Positions 57,908 to 64,000 of a DNA stretch of 64,000 nt are shown here, one piece after another. This DNA is from Methanobacteriota archaeon (GTDB lineage: Archaea; Thermoplasmatota; Thermoplasmata; SG8-5; JAGLSY01), in contig JAEHCO010000002.1 of NCBI GenBank assembly GCA_020697715.1, forward strand, positions 192,001 to 256,000, in the 5' to 3' direction. A program made the position numbers and the translations under genes. Every line of letters begins with the position of its first letter. Within the stretch, counting starts at the first letter, position 1. The notes under the pieces were generated by a model, which worked only from the letters and a program-made list of their open reading frames with translations, did not search any database and had not been told where the DNA came from.

Positions 57908-60900
57908 CTAAACCAGAGATTCATCGCAGATCGGACATATGATATCAGAAGATCCGACTATGGCACCGCAAGCGGGACATTCCTTCTTTTCTTCTTCGAC
58001 AGTTCCAACCATTGCACCACACAGGAAACATTCTGTGGAATCAGCATCAAGACTTGCTCCACATTCGGAGCAATCCACATGTTCTTCCTCGGATGGCTCT
58101 TCCGTGACAACTGAATCCTCAATATCTATATCGGGTTCAGCCTCTATCATTGGAACTTCAACACCATTCTCTTGTGGTATGTCTGCCCCGTCGAATAATG
58201 TGTCACACACTGGACATTCTCCTGCATCCAAGTCCACGAATATACCGCATCCTGGACATTTCTTGTGATCTTCATGCTCGGTTGGAAGCTCGGCTCCAAG
58301 ATCATCCTCTTCTGGAATATCCGTATCTGGTGAAGCCAATTCCGGTTCTGCTATCTCTTCTGTATCTGGCTCGGCTTCTATTTGCGTATCAATGGGAGTA
58401 ATGACCTCTCCGCAAAGGAAACATTCTGTTGAACCCGCTTCGAGGGATGCACCACAGCTTCCACAATCGACATGTTCTTCTTCTACGGCCACAGCTGTGG
58501 TCTCCACGATGGTCTCGGCTTCCAGAGCTTCTGTTTCCACTGGTTCTTCGATCTCTGTCTCTATGGATTCAGGCTCTGCCTCCAAAGTCTCTGTTTCCAC
58601 AGGTTCTATTTCAGCATCGACCTCTTCTGCCTCAGGTTCGGTCTCTATCGGATCATCGGTCTCAAATGGAGCTGCCAGATCATCCTCGGTAAGAGCTTCT
58701 TCGATAGTAGCTGGAGTTTCTTCTTCCATCAGTGGTTCTTCAATAATTGGTTCAGTGCTGATAGCTTCTGCCTCGTCTAGATCATTCAAATTAAGATCAT
58801 CTTCAATTTCCTCTTCAGGTAATTCAAGCTCAGAAACCTCTTCAATTTCAGGTTCATCAAGAACAGGTTCATCCTCCACTTCCTCGGGTATGTCCAATCC
58901 TAGATCTTCCTCTATGACATCGAGATCATCTGCCTCTGATATCTCTAAATGTGTTTCCTCAAAGACTTCCTCTTCGAGAATTTCCTCCTCATCGACCTCA
59001 TCAGCAAGGATCTGTTCAGATAATGCCTCTATATCGGCATCTTCAGGCATGGCGGAATCATCGATCAACTCGTCTTCTTCTCCATACTCTTTCTCTTCTT
59101 CTTCAATAAGAGTTAGGTTGCAGTTTATACAGTTGGTCATATCTTCTGAGACCTCGACACTGCACTGAGGACATTCTATGAGTTCCTGGCCGATCCTGTA
59201 TGATATGAACCAGAATGCGAATCCAATCAATACCAATACCCATCCTGCAAGGCTGGCAACAACATCAAATGGCGGAGCACTTCCTCCTACTGACTGACTT
59301 TCCACGCTTATTCCTCTAAGCCATACTGAAAATGAAGTAAAGAATATTCCTATGAATATGGTAATGATACCTCTGTAGAACCATGTGTCCTCATTGACCT
59401 TTCTAGGTGTACGATCAAGCCCAATGACCTTCTCCCCACAACTGGGGCAGATATGTGCTGTTGGCTGTACAAGGGTTTCGAGCCCATCCCATTCTTTCTC
59501 TGGCTCTATCTCCTCGGCTATTTCAATGCCATACTCGACACCACATATTGGACAATGTTCTTCATCATCTGGACCAAAATGAGCTCCACAGACAAGACAT
59601 TCCTTGTCATCTTCGTCTTCCTGATCGAGAATGGACATTTCTTTTTCCAATTCTTCTGTGACTCCAGCATCATCTATATCTATGTCCATGAGAGCATCTA
59701 CCTCTGGTATGGCCTCATAACTCACTTCTTCCGTGGTCTCTTTTATAAGTTCGACCACTGCGAAACAATTTGGACATGTGTCTGTATCAACTGGCAGGGG
59801 GCAATCGCATGATCCACATTTAATATATAATGATAGGTCCGCCCAGCATTCGGTACATTTCTCAACGTCTCTCTTGATCGTGCTTGAACATGATGGGCAC
59901 TTCATCTCATCATCTGCGAGTTGCGGAACCTCTTCTTCTATTATGCCATCAACCACATCTTCCATCTCTTCACTAAGATCTTCTGGCGTGGATGTTTCAA
60001 GTGGAGGTAGATCATCATCTTCTGGAGTGAGAACCTCTATGGTCTCCTCTTCTGTGATGATGGTCTCTTCAATGACCTCAGTCTCGTCAGTGACACCCTC
60101 TAGTTCCTCTTCAGATATTGCATCTTCAATTGGCTGAGCTCCATCTGCAATGACCACTGTGCCACAAAGGAAACAATCCTTCGCATCAGCGTCAAGCGAG
60201 GCTCCACAGTCATGACATTCGATGTGAGCTTCCTCTGTTTGTTCTGCAATGGTCTCAGTTTCCATGACTTCGGCCTCTACAGGTTCTTCCACCTCTGCCT
60301 CTACTGGCTCTGCTTCCACAGTTTCTTCTACATCGGCCATTTCTTCTTCAATAGGAGATCCATCTGGTTCCATCTCGGGTTCAGCTTCTGGAACTTCCTC
60401 TTCAGAGATATCTGCATCAGGCGACATATCTTCGTCACCTGGCTCTTCCACGGTCTCTGTTATTTTCTCTGTTGAAATTGAAGCTGTTTTGATGATGGAA
60501 GCACCGCATAGGAAGCATTCATCAGAGCCATTATCTTGTAGAGCACCACATTCCGGGCACTCATTATGAACTTCTTGCTCTGCTTCAACCTCTTCTGATG
60601 GTTCTTCATCAATTGTATCTGGAGTAATTATTGGTATGGCCGCACCGCATAGGAAGCATTCATCACCACCATTCTCCTGTAGAGCACCACATTCTGGGCA
60701 CTCGCTGTGAGCTTCTTCTTCTATTTCGGGAGCAATATCTACTTTGAGATCAACTACTTCACCGCAAACAGGGCAGTTATCTGAATCAATTGCTATCTGT
60801 GCGCCACATTCTGGGCAGTCTGCTTCAGCCTCTGGTTCAATAACAGCTTGAGGTGCATTGAACTCTTCCTCTATCTGCGCACCACAGATCGAGCACGATG

Positions 60901-60964
60901 TGTCATGCTGGTCAACAAAAGCTCCGCATGCTGGACATACCTTTGATTCTATTTCTTCAGCCAT
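57908..60964 (-). CDS. acidic multi-zinc-ribbon membrane protein
   Basis: About 27 CxxC motifs in E-rich linkers around a central two-TM hairpin. Confidence 0.8.
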   Translation of the reverse strand: MAEEIESKVCPACGAFVDQHDTSCSICGAQIEEEFNAPQAVIEPEAEADCPECGAQIAIDSDNCPVCGEVVDLKVDIAPEIEEEAHSECPECGALQENGGDECFLCGAAIPIITPDTIDEEPSEEVEAEQEVHNECPECGALQDNGSDECFLCGASIIKTASISTEKITETVEEPGDEDMSPDADISEEEVPEAEPEMEPDGSPIEEEMADVEETVEAEPVEAEVEEPVEAEVMETETIAEQTEEAHIECHDCGASLDADAKDCFLCGTVVIADGAQPIEDAISEEELEGVTDETEVIEETIITEEETIEVLTPEDDDLPPLETSTPEDLSEEMEDVVDGIIEEEVPQLADDEMKCPSCSSTIKRDVEKCTECWADLSLYIKCGSCDCPLPVDTDTCPNCFAVVELIKETTEEVSYEAIPEVDALMDIDIDDAGVTEELEKEMSILDQEDEDDKECLVCGAHFGPDDEEHCPICGVEYGIEIAEEIEPEKEWDGLETLVQPTAHICPSCGEKVIGLDRTPRKVNEDTWFYRGIITIFIGIFFTSFSVWLRGISVESQSVGGSAPPFDVVASLAGWVLVLIGFAFWFISYRIGQELIECPQCSVEVSEDMTNCINCNLTLIEEEEKEYGEEDELIDDSAMPEDADIEALSEQILADEVDEEEILEEEVFEETHLEISEADDLDVIEEDLGLDIPEEVEDEPVLDEPEIEEVSELELPEEEIEDDLNLNDLDEAEAISTEPIIEEPLMEEETPATIEEALTEDDLAAPFETDDPIETEPEAEEVDAEIEPVETETLEAEPESIETEIEEPVETEALEAETIVETTAVAVEEEHVDCGSCGASLEAGSTECFLCGEVITPIDTQIEAEPDTEEIAEPELASPDTDIPEEDDLGAELPTEHEDHKKCPGCGIFVDLDAGECPVCDTLFDGADIPQENGVEVPMIEAEPDIDIEDSVVTEEPSEEEHVDCSECGASLDADSTECFLCGAMVGTVEEEKKECPACGAIVGSSDIICPICDESLV

Positions 60965-60968
60965 GCGA

Positions 60969-62309
60969 TCACTCTCCTCCTGCTATTGCATTACCGCATA
61001 CTGGACATTCTTTTGCACCATGATCTATAATTGAAGCACATTCTGGGCATTCGAATCCACTGTCTAAGTTGAGTTCATCTTCATCTTCCAATTCAAGTTC
61101 GGATTCCATTGCCTCGAGGACCTCAAGACTTTTTCCATTGAGCGGAGCTTCCATCTCCGCCTCTGGCTCGACATCTTTGAGCTCCAAACTATCAATGATA
61201 ATTTGATCTTCACTGAGTTCCTCTATCTCTATGACCTCTTCTTCTATTATTTCAGAGGTTTCCTCTCCTATGAACTCATCATCGATGATCTCCTCTTCGA
61301 ACTCTTCCGTGTCAAACAATGCTCCACAGTCACTGCATTCGATATCAAATATGGTAGTTGGAGATCCGCATTCTGGGCATTCGGCAACATCCTCTATCTC
61401 GCCCATCACATCAGACAATCTTATCTCTTCTTCAGGCTCGAACTCATCTTCGTCTGGCACAGGAAGAAGATCGCTCTCATTTATGTGAACACCACAGCTT
61501 GGGCAATCGACCTCTCTGTCTCTCTTGAAGGACCAGCCAAATAATACAAGTCCAACTATGAATATGACGACACCAACTCCTCCGAGCATGGAATCCATCC
61601 ATCCATATCCCAGATACATTTCGCCCAATGGCGACCACTGAACGACATTATGTAAATATGATGCTAAAGCAAATCCAAAGTCTCCCACAAGGATGAACAC
61701 AAGTCCAAGCCAGAACTTCCATTTCCAACTTGTATCTGGCCCATCTATTTTGATCTCATGGACATAAACATTACCGCAATTATCACATGATACTAGATCT
61801 CCTTGCTGGGATGTATGATCCATGCTACCACAGCTTGGACATCCCTCTGAAGATTCGTCAATACCTTCTCCACATTTCTCACAGGCTTTGTCATCTGGCC
61901 CCATTGATGCGCCACAGCCATTGCAGACCTGTTCATCGATATAATCGACAGGTAGTTCACCCAGATCATCTTCTGAGAACTCTGTGTCGTCTTCTGATAA
62001 TTCTGTGTCGTCTTCTGGTAATTGATCATCATCTTCTGGTATCTCGAGACTATCATCCATATCATCAACAGGGAGCTGTTCAATTTCGGATGTTTCCTCT
62101 ACAATAATCTCTTCTGATAATTCAGAGTCATCTTCAAGGTCGGCCAACTCATCATCTATTGCAGAAGCGTCTGCCTCAAAGTCATCCTCGCTTGATCCCT
62201 CAATGCTATCTCCTGTGTTACCATTTGTAGCGAAGCTCTCACCACAGCTGGCGCATTCTGTAGCGTCTCCACTGACACCTGCACCGCACACTGGACATGC
62301 ATATTCCAT
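60969..62309 (-). CDS. acidic multi-zinc-ribbon membrane protein
   Basis: 11 CxxC motifs, a two-TM hairpin and EDDTE.S tandem repeats. Ends 4 nt before the next gene. Confidence 0.8.
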   Translation of the reverse strand: MEYACPVCGAGVSGDATECASCGESFATNGNTGDSIEGSSEDDFEADASAIDDELADLEDDSELSEEIIVEETSEIEQLPVDDMDDSLEIPEDDDQLPEDDTELSEDDTEFSEDDLGELPVDYIDEQVCNGCGASMGPDDKACEKCGEGIDESSEGCPSCGSMDHTSQQGDLVSCDNCGNVYVHEIKIDGPDTSWKWKFWLGLVFILVGDFGFALASYLHNVVQWSPLGEMYLGYGWMDSMLGGVGVVIFIVGLVLFGWSFKRDREVDCPSCGVHINESDLLPVPDEDEFEPEEEIRLSDVMGEIEDVAECPECGSPTTIFDIECSDCGALFDTEEFEEEIIDDEFIGEETSEIIEEEVIEIEELSEDQIIIDSLELKDVEPEAEMEAPLNGKSLEVLEAMESELELEDEDELNLDSGFECPECASIIDHGAKECPVCGNAIAGGE

Positions 62310-62345
62310 TTCACTCGTCTCGTCTTCTGGAATAATAACCTCTCC

Positions 62346-62804
62346 CTAGTTTCCTCCGTAGAGCTCTTGATCCTCTACGAAATCCTCAGGCCTCTCCCTG
62401 GATATAGATAATATCAGTAGTATAATACCAATCACTAATATAACTATTCCGACAGTGGCAACTGTTTTATTGACCCATCCAAAGGTTTCCCAGGCATCAT
62501 ACCCGGAAGGGAATGGGATCTTCAGAAGATCATGCAACCATGACCCGAATGATACTCCAGGGCCGCCTATTAGAACAAGTATCACGCCTAATAGGAATAA
62601 TTTCTTATTGCCTTTCTTCTTCTTTTCTGCATCAGGGTCTATTTGGAAGGCATCTGGAGAAAAAGGCTCTCCACATTCCGGGCATTCTATCGCATCTATA
62701 GATAGATCAGCTCCACACATGGGGCATAATGACTGATCGTCATCTGTTTCTATCTTCTCCGATAAAATTGCATTCTCTTCCTCTGATGAGATACTTACCA
62801 CCAA
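62346..62804 (-). CDS. zinc-ribbon plus two-TM membrane protein
   Basis: CPMC...CPEC followed by two hydrophobic helices with SWLHD and FGW. Confidence 0.7.
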   Translation of the reverse strand: MVVSISSEEENAILSEKIETDDDQSLCPMCGADLSIDAIECPECGEPFSPDAFQIDPDAEKKKKGNKKLFLLGVILVLIGGPGVSFGSWLHDLLKIPFPSGYDAWETFGWVNKTVATVGIVILVIGIILLILSISRERPEDFVEDQELYGGN

Positions 62805-62956
62805 TACTCAGTAATATACTACTCTATTATATTCTTTTCTAATGCGCGAGCAATGTTCCACACACCTTGCAGAAAGGTTTAAACATGGTATGACATTACG
62901 CACCCGTTCAGTAAGGTCCCCATAGGGGACAATCAATAAACCTGAAGGTATGTAAT

Positions 62957-64000
62957 ATGGTACAACTACACGATCAGACACTGAGGGATGCGCACCAATC
63001 TATTTTGGCAACGAGAATGAGAACAGAAGACATGCTTCCAATAGCACAGAAAATGGATGAGATAGGATTCTGGTCCATGGAAGTATGGGGCGGAGCAACA
63101 TATGATGTTCCGATAAGGTTCCTTAATGAGGATCCCTGGGAGCGCCTGAGAGCTCTCAGAGAAGCCATGCCAAATACAAAACTGCAGATGCTTGAAAGAG
63201 CCATGAACATCGTGGCATATTGGAATTTCCCTGATGAAGTTGTTCATAAATTCATAGGACTGGCCAAGAAGAACGGTTGTGATTATTTCCGTATCTTCGA
63301 CGCTCTTAATGATCTTAGGAACATGAAGACACCGATAGAGGCCACATTGGAGGCTGGAGGTCATGCACAGGGTTGTGTCAGTTACACTATCTCCCCGGTT
63401 CATACTGTGGAGAGATATGTTTCAGATCTTATTCAATTGGAAAAATGGGGTTGCCAGAGTGTTTGTATAAAGGACATGGCTGGAATGATCGCTCCACAGG
63501 TTGCATATGATATTATCAAGGGTTACAAGGACTCTGGAGCAAAGGCACCTATCGATCTGCACAGCCACTATACCAGTGGAATGACTGGCATGGCATACTG
63601 GGCAGCTTGTGAGGCTGGCGTTGATGTGCTCGACACGTCCATGTCACCTATATCTGGCGGTACTGGCGGAGTTCCAACAGAAAGTGTTGTGGCCGCATTA
63701 AAAGGCACAAAATACGATACTGGGTACGACATGCACCAGCTTATCGAGATCAGAAAATACTTCATGGAAGTATGGCACAAATACAGACATCTGATTCGTC
63801 AGGAAGCTATGAAGGTCGATCCATCTGTCATGGTTCATCAGATACCTGGTGGAATGCTTTCCAATCTGGTCAGCCAGCTGGAAATGCAGGGAGCTACTGA
63901 CAAATATTATGATGTTCTTGATGAGACAGCCCGCGTTCGTGAAGAAATGGGATACCCACCACTTGTTACTCCAACGAGTCAGGTTGTTGGAGTCCAGTCT
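62957..64000 (+). CDS. pyruvate/oxaloacetate carboxyltransferase (PycB/OadA/transcarboxylase 5S family), truncated by window end
   Basis: ATG at 62957 gives MVQLHDQTLRDAHQSILATRM, SMEVWGGATYD, EDPWERL, FRIFDALND, IKDMAG, HSHYTSG, HQIPGGMLSNL and GYPPLVTPTSQ. Absent from the ORF track. Confidence 0.93.
   Translation, partial: MVQLHDQTLRDAHQSILATRMRTEDMLPIAQKMDEIGFWSMEVWGGATYDVPIRFLNEDPWERLRALREAMPNTKLQMLERAMNIVAYWNFPDEVVHKFIGLAKKNGCDYFRIFDALNDLRNMKTPIEATLEAGGHAQGCVSYTISPVHTVERYVSDLIQLEKWGCQSVCIKDMAGMIAPQVAYDIIKGYKDSGAKAPIDLHSHYTSGMTGMAYWAACEAGVDVLDTSMSPISGGTGGVPTESVVAALKGTKYDTGYDMHQLIEIRKYFMEVWHKYRHLIRQEAMKVDPSVMVHQIPGGMLSNLVSQLEMQGATDKYYDVLDETARVREEMGYPPLVTPTSQVVGVQS

Noticed and set aside
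58392-60569. Long Ser-rich + strand ORFs (also 6034-7191 and 18401-19156)
   Set aside because: They are antisense shadows of acidic or hydrophobic real genes.
60500-60720. Near-identical ~70-bp repeats (and 21-bp tandem repeats near 61970-62040) as a mobile or array feature
   Set aside because: They are in-frame intragenic duplications of zinc-ribbon and acidic linker units.

Overview
Archaeal chromosomal segment, most likely Thermoplasmatota. Supporting signs are a stand-alone 5S rRNA with its own TATA box, archaeal Hpt, GMP synthase subunit A, class III pilin signal peptides and an extracellular clostripain-type peptidase. It holds a ubiquitin-like sulfur-relay/tRNA-thiolation cluster (SAMP, ThiI catalytic domain, E1, NcsA), several very large surface proteins including two giant pilin-like paralogs, purine salvage genes, a methylmalonyl-CoA mutase B12 subunit with meaB, an isochorismatase/TrxR-like/RlmN-like operon, a zinc-ribbon membrane-protein operon and a truncated carboxyltransferase gene. 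The most unusual signal is a ~110-nt element with a covarying stem and a pseudoknot, present twice (23146-23253, 47276-47385). Each copy lies directly behind the stop codon of an unrelated gene and is followed by an exact copy of that gene's last 40 or 45 nt, ending precisely at the stop codon. Also notable are a second ~200-nt multi-hairpin repeat present twice around the 5S rRNA, and a ribbon-helix-helix/proteasome-alpha fusion gene with an upstream palindrome. All calls come from reading motifs by eye; no database searches were run.
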